From: Candidatus Bathyarchaeota archaeon
GTDB lineage: Archaea > Thermoproteota > Bathyarchaeia > Bathyarchaeales > Bathycorpusculaceae
DNA: 64,000 bases
Assembly: GCA_963832745.1 (NCBI GenBank)
Contig: CAWHVC010000003.1
Span: 576,001 to 640,000 of the forward strand
Reading direction: 5' to 3'
Shown: positions 31,921-41,574 of the stretch, piece by piece
How positions within the stretch are numbered: the stretch's first letter is position 1
How the letters are laid out: each line of letters opens with the position of its first letter
The notes under the pieces: generated by a model
What the model was told of the DNA's origin: nothing
Seen by the model: only the letters and a program-made list of their open reading frames with translations
The model's database searches: none
Position numbers and translations under genes: made by a program

Positions 31921-32289
31921 TCATTTTAGTTGGTTATCAAGAAAAGATTGTTTTAAAGCTCCAAGTGCCAAAGCATTATTAATTAACCGCTCTAGGATTT
32001 CATAGTCAGAATGCTGCACGGTTATTTCCTTAGCGCTCAAATAATTGTTATTTTTTGCTTCTATTACCCATTTTTCAAGTTCTTCATCAAAAATTCCTTT
32101 AGTCAAAATTGGTTTGCCATCAAGCATTCTTAAGTCGCAATCAAGGCAGTATTCAAAAACGAACTCCATTTTTCGACCTTTGGAGTTTCCCTCGTCAAAA
32201 TATGTTAAGTCACCTAGTTTAGAAAATAGGACATCGTCAAATTCGATAAATGAGATGCATGTTTTTTTGATAACATGTTTGTGCGTCAA
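31921..32289 (-). CDS. Hypothetical protein
   Basis: 122-aa ORF in an AT-rich region; GAGG before the TTG. Confidence 0.55.
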   Translation of the reverse strand: MTHKHVIKKTCISFIEFDDVLFSKLGDLTYFDEGNSKGRKMEFVFEYCLDCDLRMLDGKPILTKGIFDEELEKWVIEAKNNNYLSAKEITVQHSDYEILERLINNALALGALKQSFLDNQLK

Positions 32290-32582
32290 ATTGGCTGCCT
32301 CTTTGTTCGAGTTTTCATAAGTGGTTGCATTTCAAATAAGTTTAACTTTCTTAAGGGTTGCATAGAATTCGGGTTTGAAGCATAAGTCTATCGTTAGTTG
32401 CACTTCAACAATTATGTTAACCTATTTTCGGTAAAACTGGCGGTTCAGGCTTAGCGCTCCAGTAAAGCTTTCATGCTAACAAACAATTATAAGGTTTAAA
32501 GAGTAAAACTAGATTTGCAAAGACTGAGAAGCACGTCTCAACTTGTTTTTCTCAAATAACAGAAAATTCTAAAAAATAGGGA

Positions 32583-33917
32583 ATGGTGATTTTTTTGAGT
32601 CAAATTAAGCGTTTTGAGCATAAGCGTTCTTCAATGCGGTTTTCTGTGAACGATTTTGGAGCCGTAGGCGATGGCGTTTCTGATGACAGCAAAGCCCTTA
32701 ACGACGCAATTTCAGCCGCAGAAACTGCAGGTGGCGGTACGGTTGACTTTCAAAAAGGCGTTTACAAGTGCATGGGTGTAAAGCCTAAAAGTTTAGTGAC
32801 CCTGCAGGGACGAGGTTGGGGCGAGTCAATAATTAAGGGTTTTGACAACAAAAGTGACCAAGCAATTATTGATGGAACAGGATATTACTCTCAAACCTCA
32901 CCATTAACGGAATTCAATGTTTATGATCTTGAAATCGACGGCAGAGACATGAACCGTGTGGGCTATCATTATAACCGGAAAGGTATTGGAAATCAATGGA
33001 TGAAAAACTGTGTTTTCAGGAACGTTTTTGTTCATGATACGCCTGCAACCGGTATCGGTACTGATTTTATTATTAATGGGTACTTCGTGAGTTGTCTTGT
33101 AACAAAATGTGGAACCATCGGCAAAGTCGGCAATGGCATTGGAAGTAACGGGTTTGGAATAGGCGTAAGTGACGCGACAGAAGTTGTCGTGTTCAGCGGG
33201 TGTCAAGCTATTGAGATTGCAAATAACGGTTTTACTTTGGAAGCCCAAGTCACTCAGGGTGTTGGTTATGCATCAATTACTGATTGCTATACTGAACGAT
33301 GTGGGAATTCAGGATATTCAAATTCTGGCTCTAAAGGAGTAAAGATTGATGGTTGCACTGATAACGCAAGTAAATATGGCGTCTACATTAGTGCCAATGC
33401 AAATCAGCCTGGCGATCAAACAATGATTTCAAGTTGCCAATTTCTAAATCAACCAAGTCACGGGATATACTCTGATCAAGCTGAGAATAATTATCTTCAG
33501 GTAAGAGGTTCTCTGTTTGAGTCATGTGGCGGTTGTGGCATCAACAGTGTTGGAAGTTATTGCAGTTTTGTAAATAACACCTTTAAAGCCTGTAAGGACG
33601 TTACAATATTGTGCAAACCAGCAACGGGCGCTATAGGCAAGGGTTACCTTATTGCGGATAACATCATGACTGGCGGCAATTCCGTTGGTATCAAAATAGA
33701 TCCTACAGACCAACCAATTACTGGTTTACTTGTTAAGGGCAATTTAGTAATGGATTGTAAAGGTGTTGCAATTCAGGCGGTATGTAAACCGGGTGTTGAA
33801 ACTGGTAACTATTTTTCAGCAGTTATAGAAGGTAACGTTTGCTATGGTAACAAGAGTCCTCAAGTAGAGTTAATGGGTTCCTCAAGTAATCTCATAACCC
33901 GAAATAATATTGAATAA
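32583..33917 (+). CDS. Pectate lyase-3/GH28-related right-handed beta-helix protein
   Basis: VNDFGAVGDGVSDDSKALNDAI..GGTV..GVY followed by beta-helix repeats; no signal peptide. Confidence 0.85.
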   Translation: MVIFLSQIKRFEHKRSSMRFSVNDFGAVGDGVSDDSKALNDAISAAETAGGGTVDFQKGVYKCMGVKPKSLVTLQGRGWGESIIKGFDNKSDQAIIDGTGYYSQTSPLTEFNVYDLEIDGRDMNRVGYHYNRKGIGNQWMKNCVFRNVFVHDTPATGIGTDFIINGYFVSCLVTKCGTIGKVGNGIGSNGFGIGVSDATEVVVFSGCQAIEIANNGFTLEAQVTQGVGYASITDCYTERCGNSGYSNSGSKGVKIDGCTDNASKYGVYISANANQPGDQTMISSCQFLNQPSHGIYSDQAENNYLQVRGSLFESCGGCGINSVGSYCSFVNNTFKACKDVTILCKPATGAIGKGYLIADNIMTGGNSVGIKIDPTDQPITGLLVKGNLVMDCKGVAIQAVCKPGVETGNYFSAVIEGNVCYGNKSPQVELMGSSSNLITRNNIE

Positions 33918-34028
33918 TTCTTAATTGCTTACTTGAGAAACGTGTTGTTTTGTAAGTTGCTGTGTAAACGCAGTAACTCGATTTTTTATGCATCAATATG
34001 TTTCAATTAAAAGGTCGGTGTAGGAGCT

Positions 34029-34268
34029 TTGGAATTTGATAGTAGCTACAAAACGGAAGATGCTGTCTTTGGTATTGCAAATGTTCAATCAGGCGCGTGT
34101 AGTCTTACAATTGGGTACTTTTTAAGTGACACTCAGCTTACTGTTTTACTGCCCGAATCCTGCTATTATTGTCAAAAATCAACTGTTTGTAGCCGAGAGT
34201 TTGGTTCACAAATAATTCGGAAGCTTAATGAAAAGGACAAAGGAAAAGTAACCTATTCCCTAAGGTAG
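34029..34268 (+). CDS. Hypothetical small protein with CxxC motif
   Basis: AGGAG SD before the TTG; CYYC...C. Confidence 0.5.
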   Translation: MEFDSSYKTEDAVFGIANVQSGACSLTIGYFLSDTQLTVLLPESCYYCQKSTVCSREFGSQIIRKLNEKDKGKVTYSLR

Positions 34269-34360
34269 ACCCCAACTTTGTCTTCTGAAGTCTTGTGGCC
34301 TGAAAATGCCTAAATTTATAAGCAATCTTGGGCTCGTTATGCCTGAATGGTGCAGACTAA

Positions 34361-35506
34361 TTGCATAAACTGGCGCTTGCAGGAACATTTGCTCTTTTGC
34401 TTTTAACACTGGCAATAGTGAGTAATAGTTGTGTTTATGCTGACAGTATAACTCAGGATTCATGGATTACCCTATCACCTTCAACAGACAAAATCGTCAG
34501 CGCTGTTGGCAATATTATTGGTGCTGCCGCTTTAGATGACAAAATTTTTCTAATAGGTACCAAGTCCTGTGCAGTTTACACTTTAAGCATAAACTCTTGG
34601 GCGCCCATAGCTTCACCATCAACTTACACTTATGGACCAGTTGTGGCTTGCCAAAACAAAATTTACCTAATATGTAATTCAACACAAGTCTATAACCCGG
34701 CAACAGACACATGGGAAACCAAAACAGCCATACCTCAAGCACTCAACGGCCAAAAAGCCTGTGTTGTGGACGATAAAATCTATGTAATGAGCGGAAAAAA
34801 TCCTGCTCCTATAGGAATTGTTAATCCTTCTGACGCAAATTATGTTTATGATCCTGCCACTGATTTATGGTCCTCGCGGGAACCTGTTCCTGTGCCTGTT
34901 GCCGGACCCTCAGTTGTAGCCTTTAATAACAAAGTATATCTTGTTGGCGGTGGGGTAGGCACAAGTCTTGTTGAAAACGCAACCAATCTTGTCCAGATAT
35001 TTACTCCACAAACAAACACTTGGATTACTGGCGAACAAATGCCGACAGGAGTTATTTATTCCGCGGCTTTTTCAACCTTGCAGTTTGCGCCTGAAAGAAT
35101 TTATGTTGTTGGCGGCTCGCTGATGTATGATGGCGGCGGTTTAATGGGTGGAGACCGCAGTGAGAGTACAGCAACTAATTTGACACAGAAGTATGACTTT
35201 ATGACTGGTCAATGGTCTTTTTCAAAAACTGCTCCTTTAAACACTTTGTATTCAGCGTCTGCAACTGTAAATGAAGTTCTTTACCTCGTACAAAACGACC
35301 TTAAAATAGTACTGTATGTTCCAGAAGGCTATCAAGCAGAACTGCCAGCAATTCCCACCGCTACGCCAGGTGCTTCCGACTCATTTGTTATTATAAGCCT
35401 GATTTACTTTCTCTTGATTGCTGCTACTTTGGCAATAATTGTTATTGCTATACTGTTAAAATTGTTCAAGAAAACAGGATTAGAAGAAGACGAACAGGCG
35501 GGTTAG
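34361..35506 (+). CDS. Membrane-anchored Kelch-repeat protein
   Basis: KIYV.GG..YDP.TD.W repeats, signal peptide, C-terminal TM helix. Confidence 0.88.
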   Translation: MHKLALAGTFALLLLTLAIVSNSCVYADSITQDSWITLSPSTDKIVSAVGNIIGAAALDDKIFLIGTKSCAVYTLSINSWAPIASPSTYTYGPVVACQNKIYLICNSTQVYNPATDTWETKTAIPQALNGQKACVVDDKIYVMSGKNPAPIGIVNPSDANYVYDPATDLWSSREPVPVPVAGPSVVAFNNKVYLVGGGVGTSLVENATNLVQIFTPQTNTWITGEQMPTGVIYSAAFSTLQFAPERIYVVGGSLMYDGGGLMGGDRSESTATNLTQKYDFMTGQWSFSKTAPLNTLYSASATVNEVLYLVQNDLKIVLYVPEGYQAELPAIPTATPGASDSFVIISLIYFLLIAATLAIIVIAILLKLFKKTGLEEDEQAG

Positions 35507-36066
35507 GCTTTTTGTGCTAACTGGTTAGTCCATGCCGCAAGGGCTTCAAGCAGTTGCCTAATTAGCTTCAAGGTAACTTCGTTTGTTAGGTTGCCGTTTT
35601 CGTCAACGTTGTGTGGCGCGTCAGAAAGCATGACTTCCGGCCGATTAATTGGGTGCATATTTAAAAACACAAATGTCTGGCGCAGATGATATTGCGCGCG
35701 GGCGCCGCCAAGTCTGCCGGTTGATGCGCTCATGATGGCTACGGGTTTGCCTTCTAAGGGGTTACCAATGTTTGGTCTTGAAGCCCAATCAATCGCGTTC
35801 TTCAAAACTCCCGGTATTGAGTAGTTGTATTCTGGAGTAGCTATTAGCAGGGCGTCGGCTGCTTTTATTTTGCTTTTGAACTCAACAACTTTTTGCGTTG
35901 GCTGGTTTTCTAAGTCGGCGTTGTATGGCGGGATGCCTTCAAGGTCAAAAACTTCAATTTCCATGTTGTCAGGTTTAACTTTAACAGCTGCACGGACAAG
36001 TGCCTTGTTGTAAGAGCCTTTTCGTAGACTACCTGCGAAAGCTAAAACTTTGATTGGCTGCTCCAT
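35503..36066 (-). CDS. NAD(P)H-dependent FMN reductase (ChrR-like)
   Basis: GSLRKGSYN and TPEYNYSIPGVLKNAIDWASR motifs. Confidence 0.93.
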   Translation of the reverse strand: MEQPIKVLAFAGSLRKGSYNKALVRAAVKVKPDNMEIEVFDLEGIPPYNADLENQPTQKVVEFKSKIKAADALLIATPEYNYSIPGVLKNAIDWASRPNIGNPLEGKPVAIMSASTGRLGGARAQYHLRQTFVFLNMHPINRPEVMLSDAPHNVDENGNLTNEVTLKLIRQLLEALAAWTNQLAQKA

Positions 36067-36128
36067 ATTTTTTCCTCAAAAACTTGTTAAAGTACTAAAG
36101 TAGTAGGCGGCTTAAACTGTTTTCTATT

Positions 36129-36899
36129 TTAAATGGGTTTTACTGTGATTTCTGTACCCATTTTTATCCTGTACTTTTCTGCAGCGTTTCCCCGGTTAAC
36201 AGCGATTTCAAGAAAACCGTGACTACCAATAAGAGCCATTGTGTCTTTAGGTTTTGTTTCTCCATAAGATTTTTTGAGTTTAAGTTTAAGCTGAGTGTCT
36301 TGAATTTTTATGTTTAGGTTTTCGCTTGGTACATCTGCTTTTTTCAGGTTGGTTATTATATTGCCAAATGAATCCACATGAAGAACCCTGCAGATGATAA
36401 AGTCTTTTTCATGTCTAACCTGCACAAATTCTGGCAGCACCGGTTCATCAACCCTGGGACCAAACCTTGCAGGTTTTACTCCTTTTTCAAGATGTGCCGC
36501 TGCAGGCGCAAAAACGTCTCTTCCATGGAATGTGCCAGATATTTCTGGTAGCATATACTTTGGATTAGTCAATTCGTAAATGCCCGTTATGCCTTGGCGT
36601 TCTGCAGCTAAAACCAGTAGACCGTTGTCTGGACCGATAAAGTAACCTTGTTTGGTTTCAATTAGTAGTGCGCGCCTTTTTGTGCCAACGCCTGGGTCTA
36701 CTATTGCAACGTGGATTGTTCCATTGGGAAAGCATGGGGCAGCTGAAGCCAGCATGAATGCGCCTGTTTGAATGTTAAACTTGCTTATTTCATGTGTAAT
36801 GTCCACTATCGTGGATGATGGGTTTATGCTTAGTATTACTCCTTTCATTTGTGCAACATAGGAGTCTACAAGGCCAAAATCGCTTGTTAAAGTAATCAA
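36129..36899 (-). CDS. SAM hydroxide adenosyltransferase (DUF62, chlorinase/fluorinase family)
   Basis: TSDFG, VDPGVGT, GPDNG, TFHGRDVFAP and DSFGN motifs. Confidence 0.93.
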   Translation of the reverse strand: MITLTSDFGLVDSYVAQMKGVILSINPSSTIVDITHEISKFNIQTGAFMLASAAPCFPNGTIHVAIVDPGVGTKRRALLIETKQGYFIGPDNGLLVLAAERQGITGIYELTNPKYMLPEISGTFHGRDVFAPAAAHLEKGVKPARFGPRVDEPVLPEFVQVRHEKDFIICRVLHVDSFGNIITNLKKADVPSENLNIKIQDTQLKLKLKKSYGETKPKDTMALIGSHGFLEIAVNRGNAAEKYRIKMGTEITVKPI

Positions 36900-36905
36900 A
36901 TTTTT

Positions 36906-37193
36906 TTATCCTCCATGTACAACTGGAATAAATACTACTTCGTCGCCTTCAGAAAGCAGAGTGTCCAGTCCATTTAGAACGCTGATTTCCCGGTCATTTA
37001 CAAGAATCAACGCAGATGTTTTCATGGCGCCGTCTGTTTGCTGGTCAATAATGCTTGTTTTTATCTGCGGCTGTTCTTGAACTAATTTTTGAATCAAATC
37101 CTTTATGGAATAGTCTGCCGAGTAATCTATTGTAACTTTGGGTTTGCCTATTATATGGCGTAAGGCGCCGACAAATTTTACATTTATAGCCAT
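36906..37193 (-). CDS. MoaD/ThiS-family ubiquitin-like small archaeal modifier protein
   Basis: Beta-grasp pattern ending in PVVHGG. Confidence 0.9.
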   Translation of the reverse strand: MAINVKFVGALRHIIGKPKVTIDYSADYSIKDLIQKLVQEQPQIKTSIIDQQTDGAMKTSALILVNDREISVLNGLDTLLSEGDEVVFIPVVHGG

Positions 37194-37259
37194 CAGTACT
37201 GCTCTCGTAAAGAGAGAGATTAAGGGTTGGTATTTAAAAATTGTTTTAATTTCAAAAAT

Positions 37260-37634
37260 TTATTGCTGATACTTTTCTTGAGTTAAGGTTTCAACTATGT
37301 CAGTTGCAACGTTAACTAGTGTGTCAGCTTGTTTCATCATTATGTCGCTGTTTACTTCTTCTACCTGTGAAAGTGCTTGCACTGTGCCTTCAAGTTCGAT
37401 TAAAAATTTAAGGATTGAATCGTTGGTTTGAGGGTTTTTTGCAACCTCTTCTCTTAGAAGGATTTCAATAAAGGCAGGCTCGCCTAGACTGTAATAGATT
37501 GCGTTTCGGGCTTTTCTTATTGCCTCCAAAACAAGGCTTGGTGCCATGTAGGGCATTTTTTGTGCTGCTTCGAGTTCAGCTTTTGCCTCCCGAAGATACC
37601 TGAAAGCCCAGCCTTTCCTATATTGATCCATCAT
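37260..37634 (-). CDS. Hypothetical helical protein (HEPN-like N-terminus)
   Basis: WAFRYLREAKAELEAA; co-oriented with rps17e. Confidence 0.7.
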   Translation of the reverse strand: MMDQYRKGWAFRYLREAKAELEAAQKMPYMAPSLVLEAIRKARNAIYYSLGEPAFIEILLREEVAKNPQTNDSILKFLIELEGTVQALSQVEEVNSDIMMKQADTLVNVATDIVETLTQEKYQQ

Positions 37635-37656
37635 TAAGTGTATCCAACTTGGTTGT

Positions 37657-37887
37657 TTATTCTTCTTCTATTTCGTCTTCTGACTCGATTTCTGAACCAG
37701 CTTGTGACAACGCAACTGTCCTTGTGATGTAACCTGCAACCTTGTTTCTAACACGTGTGGTTGTACCCTGTGTTAATGTGTTAACTGCTATTTTGTTTTC
37801 ATCAAAGTTGCTTGTGAATTTGCTTGGAAAGCGTGTCATGAGTTCTTTGCCGGTTCTTTTTATCTGTTCAGTTTTTACTTTTCCCAG
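37657..37887 (-). CDS. rps17e: 30S ribosomal protein S17e
   Basis: GKVKTEQIKR...FDENK...RNKVAGYITR; CTG start 7 nt after GGAGG. Confidence 0.95.
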   Translation of the reverse strand: MGKVKTEQIKRTGKELMTRFPSKFTSNFDENKIAVNTLTQGTTTRVRNKVAGYITRTVALSQAGSEIESEDEIEEE

Positions 37888-38019
37888 TGTGATTCCTCCG
37901 ATTATCAACGGTTTATTGTTTCTCCGACGCTTTAAAGCGTAGAAGCAACGTTTCAATAGAATAGAGGCTTAATTTAAGCTTACGCCTAGATATCGGATTT
38001 CAGGGAAGAAAAAACGGTT

Positions 38020-38811
38020 TTAGGGCGATTTATTGTCGAGTTTAATGTTAAAGAAAGTTTCAAAGTTTTTGGCGACCTGCTCAGCGACGTCGTTGACCTG
38101 CATGTTTTTGATTTCAGCAACTGCTTCCAGCACTGTTTGTATGTAGGAGGGCTTAGTTAATTGTCCACTGAACGGTTTTTTCCAGTAAGTTACTGGACCG
38201 TCGGTTTCGCTTAAAAAATTGGTTATCGGCGTTTGCTTTACAACTTCACGGATGCCGTTGGAGTAAACAACTGGTGGACCTTCAGTGATAAAGTAGCCTT
38301 GGTCTATTGCTTTGCTCAGTGTTTCCATTGGATGACTAAACCAGTGCAGCAATACGCGTTTCAAACTGTAAGACTGCAGCATTTCTACGATTTTGTCTGT
38401 TGTACCTCTTGAGTGAATGATAACTGGCAGGTCAAGTTGCTCGGCGAGATGAAGCATTTTATCAAAAACAAGCATCTGGTTTTCCCAAATGGTTTCGTAC
38501 TTGTAGTCTAAACCGATTTCTCCAATGGCTGCGAGACGTCTTTTTTGGCTTTGTTGTAGGATGAAATCTATTGTTTCTTGCAGTTCATCTTCTTTTAGAT
38601 AGTTTACGTTCCACGGGTGTATGCCAAGCGCTGGATAAATCAAGTCAGGATACTGTTCTGCAAGTTTTATGTCGTTTTGGCAGGTTCTTAGGTCCATTGA
38701 GTTTGTGACGAGCGCGGACATTCCTGCGTTTTTAGCGTCTGCTATCACTTCATCTAAATGCCCATTGTATTCTGTATCGGAAAGGTGAATATGTGCATCT
38801 ACTAGTTTCAT
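38020..38811 (-). CDS. tatD: TatD family hydrolase
   Basis: DAHIH, GIHP, IGEIGLD, IHSR and ETDGP motifs. Confidence 0.93.
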   Translation of the reverse strand: MKLVDAHIHLSDTEYNGHLDEVIADAKNAGMSALVTNSMDLRTCQNDIKLAEQYPDLIYPALGIHPWNVNYLKEDELQETIDFILQQSQKRRLAAIGEIGLDYKYETIWENQMLVFDKMLHLAEQLDLPVIIHSRGTTDKIVEMLQSYSLKRVLLHWFSHPMETLSKAIDQGYFITEGPPVVYSNGIREVVKQTPITNFLSETDGPVTYWKKPFSGQLTKPSYIQTVLEAVAEIKNMQVNDVAEQVAKNFETFFNIKLDNKSP

Positions 38812-38960
38812 CTTTGTCAGCGCCTAATAACGTCACGACATTTTTATAACTTTTCTTATTGCCCCTTAACTCTAGCGGTAGAAGGGTAATTTAAAGAAAT
38901 AACTTACAACAAAGGTTAAATATTGCTTTAATTAGAAAAAGAGGCTGCAGAGATGTCGTT

Positions 38961-39182
38961 ATGACTGAATTAGAAATAGCTGTAGCCCCCATGCATAGAT
39001 TATGCAAGAAAGCAGGAGCAGACCGCGTAAGTGAAGCAGCAGCCAAAGAACTCGCCAAAGCCTTAGAGGAAATCGGCGTAAAAATCGCCAAAGAAGCACT
39101 CGATTTTGCAATGCACGCAGGCAGAAAAACCATCAAGTCCGAAGACATAGAAATTGCCGCCAAAAAAGTAATGGGCAAGTAA
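38961..39182 (+). CDS. Archaeal histone
   Basis: AGADRVS...[12 protein letters not shown] histone-fold signature. Confidence 0.95.
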   Translation: MTELEIAVAPMHRLCKKAGADRVSEAAAKELAKALEEIGVKIAKEALDFAMHAGRKTIKSEDIEIAAKKVMGK

Positions 39183-39250
39183 GGTAACGTTCACTAGTTA
39201 ACCAGTTTCCCTTTCTTCTTTCTTTTTGTATTTTAACCGCTGAAAGTCTT

Positions 39251-39312
39251 TTTCAACATTTAATGGCTCAAAAAGCGCTTAACTGACCTACCCCCTATAG
39301 GTTTCTGCATAG
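39251..39312 (-). repeat. Dispersed intergenic repeat, copy C (part 1; interrupted by the transposon)
   Basis: Minus strand reads CTATGCAGAAACCTATAGGGGGTAGGT...GCCATTAAATGTTGAAA. Confidence 0.75.
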
Positions 39313-39596
39313 GGTTCTGTTTCCTTGTCGTCTGTTTTGTCTTTCCATTGATTGCCTGTTACCATTCGTCTGCTCAACGGTTCAATAATGGATATAGCTT
39401 TTCTTGGCACAACCTCAAACGTATAAAGCGTACCATCTATGCCTTGTCCATTAACTAATTTTTTATTGCCATACGAACCATCAAAAATTTCAGTTACCTC
39501 AATAATTTTACATTTTTGTATAGGAACATCACAAGTATGAGTAGCGAAATCTCTTTCAGCAAACATTTTCCCACAATGTGAACATTTAACTAACAT
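39288..39596 (-). CDS. Transposon passenger: small zinc-finger protein reading through the left TIR
   Basis: CSHC..F...HTC motif; the C-terminus is encoded by the TIR and the stop lies in flanking host DNA. Confidence 0.65.
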   Translation of the reverse strand: MLVKCSHCGKMFAERDFATHTCDVPIQKCKIIEVTEIFDGSYGNKKLVNGQGIDGTLYTFEVVPRKAISIIEPLSRRMVTGNQWKDKTDDKETEPYAETYRG

Positions 39597-40159
39597 TTCG
39601 ATAAATCCCCAATTTCACTATCATTATCACGAATGTATTTGTTTATGATAGCCTTTTTTTTCGCTAATTTATCGTTTAATTTCTGTAATTTTTCATTTCT
39701 TTCCTTTAAAACTAAGTTTTCTTCTTCAAGAGCCTTTAGTTTTTTACCTAATCCAATTTCATCAATTAAGTTGTTAGTATCAGCCCTTTCAATATTGTCA
39801 AAGAGAGCAACGACAACATCATTCCTTCGTTTCTTTAAGGCATTTAATGTATTCATGGCAGTAATGAAGGAACTAGATAAGATGGAATCAGGTTTATTTT
39901 CTTGTTTGGAATAGAATGCAACCGTTTCATCCATAAGACATTGAACTTTAGTGTACTCTGCAATATGTTCTGCAATAATATCAGCCAATGAAAATTCTTT
40001 TTTGATAGAACGCCCAAAAAAATCTGTTCCCATTGTTCTTTCCACTATTAAAGTTCTTGCTTCAGGTTTTAGGATTAAATCTTTTTCATGGAACTTTTTA
40101 ACAAATGCGTCTACTCTTTTATAAATAGGGTCTGTATCTTCTCTTATTTCTTCAGTCAT
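39590..40159 (-). CDS. Transposon passenger: hypothetical coiled-coil protein
   Basis: 189-aa AT-rich ORF with heptad-rich C-terminus. Confidence 0.7.
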   Translation of the reverse strand: MTEEIREDTDPIYKRVDAFVKKFHEKDLILKPEARTLIVERTMGTDFFGRSIKKEFSLADIIAEHIAEYTKVQCLMDETVAFYSKQENKPDSILSSSFITAMNTLNALKKRRNDVVVALFDNIERADTNNLIDEIGLGKKLKALEEENLVLKERNEKLQKLNDKLAKKKAIINKYIRDNDSEIGDLSKC

Positions 40160-40162
40160 TTT

Positions 40163-40339
40163 TTACACATCGGTTAATTTTTTGACTACAGCAACTCTTT
40201 TGCCGTCAATTATTTCCATTTTCCATTCAAGCTTATCATTGTCTGTCAATTCAAGAAAAGCTACTATTCCTTCGGGAACTGTTGCACGTAGAGAACTTGA
40301 GCCAGGTCTTGCTTCTGTCAGTTTGCTTTTTAAACTCAT
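40163..40339 (-). CDS. Transposon passenger: AbrB/MazE-type DNA-binding protein (58 aa)
   Basis: MSLKSKLTEARPGSSSLRATVPEGIVAFLELTDNDKLEWKM...; below the ORF-track cutoff. Confidence 0.8.
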   Translation of the reverse strand: MSLKSKLTEARPGSSSLRATVPEGIVAFLELTDNDKLEWKMEIIDGKRVAVVKKLTDV

Positions 40340-40361
40340 AGTATTGCCTCAACTATCAATA

Positions 40362-40442
40362 TACCTACAGGTTGTATTTATAACTACTGATTAATCAGCC
40401 AACAAGTTTATATACACATACCTGTATAGTAACCTGTAGGTA
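40362..40442. promoter_or_regulatory. Divergent promoter region with 12-bp inverted operator pair
   Basis: TACCTACAGGTT (40362-40373) and AACCTGTAGGTA (40431-40442); TATA-like TTTATAA and TTTATATA; central palindrome CTGATTAATCAG. Confidence 0.7.
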
Positions 40443-40449
40443 GAAACGT

Positions 40450-41574
40450 ATGTCAACAAGACCAACAACCACAAGAACAGAACGGGGACAAGCAATAGCA
40501 AACGCTAGCAATCAAGTAACAAGAATAGACGAACTCCTTTACATCGTACAATCACAAAGCGGACACGGCGAATACGCAGTCAACAAAATAAACCATGAAT
40601 GGTACTGCGACTGCCCCGACAACAAACACCGAAAAGTGACATGCAAACACATCTACGCCGTATTATTCTCACAATCCATAAGAGCAGAGGTTAAAGCAAA
40701 AACAACAAGAACAATCGCCCCAATAGGCAACCTATCAACATGCATCTATTGCAGTTCAAGCAACCTAAAGAAAGACGGCATACGCAAAAACAAAACAGGC
40801 GCAATCCAAAAATTCTATTGCCGAGATTGCCATAAATACATGACTTTTAACATAGGCTTTGAACGAATGAAACATAATCCCCAAGCAATCACAACAGCCA
40901 TACAACTATACTTCTCAGGGGAATCGCTAAGAAACACAATGGAATCCTTAGAACTCTTAGGCGTTAAAGTTTCTCATAAGACAATTTTCATGTGGATAAA
41001 AAAATATGTTAAACTGATGAAAGACTACGCTGATAAATTAGTTCCCGATGTCTCAGACGCATGGAGAGCAGACGAAATACGCTTCAAGGTAAGAGGCAAC
41101 ATGAAATATCTTTTTGCCGTGATGGATGATGAAACACGCTTTTGGATTGCTCAAGAAGTAGCAGATACAAAACATAGCCATGACTGTTTTAACCTGTTTA
41201 AGCAAGCTAAAACCGTAATGGGCAAACAACCAAAGAAAATTATTACTGATGGGCTTTACTCGTTTGCGGCTGCTGCCGAGGTAGAACTTGATGATGCAAA
41301 ACACATACGCCACATTCGCTTAAGAGGAGATGTACACAACAATAAGATGGAACGCCTCAACGGTGAAATCCGTGATAGAGAAAAGACCATGCGAGGACTC
41401 AAAACAGTAAAAACCGACATATTCAACGGAATGCAAATCTATCATAACTTTATCCGACCACATGAAGCCTTAGAAGGCAAAACACCCGCCGACGCATGTG
41501 GCATAGAAATTCAGGGCAAAAATAAATGGATAACCCTAATACAGAATGCTACTCATGATAGACAATCGTGTTGA
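40450..41574 (+). CDS. IS6-family DDE transposase with N-terminal SWIM and zinc-ribbon domains
   Basis: CDCPD...CKH (SWIM), CIYC...CRDC, WRADE / ITDG / NKMER DDE triad, YHNFIRPH..L.GKTPA. Confidence 0.92.
   Translation: MSTRPTTTRTERGQAIANASNQVTRIDELLYIVQSQSGHGEYAVNKINHEWYCDCPDNKHRKVTCKHIYAVLFSQSIRAEVKAKTTRTIAPIGNLSTCIYCSSSNLKKDGIRKNKTGAIQKFYCRDCHKYMTFNIGFERMKHNPQAITTAIQLYFSGESLRNTMESLELLGVKVSHKTIFMWIKKYVKLMKDYADKLVPDVSDAWRADEIRFKVRGNMKYLFAVMDDETRFWIAQEVADTKHSHDCFNLFKQAKTVMGKQPKKIITDGLYSFAAAAEVELDDAKHIRHIRLRGDVHNNKMERLNGEIRDREKTMRGLKTVKTDIFNGMQIYHNFIRPHEALEGKTPADACGIEIQGKNKWITLIQNATHDRQSC

Noticed and set aside
32395-32425. dif-like TTATGTTAA
   Set aside because: No complementary second arm at the 11-6-11 spacing.
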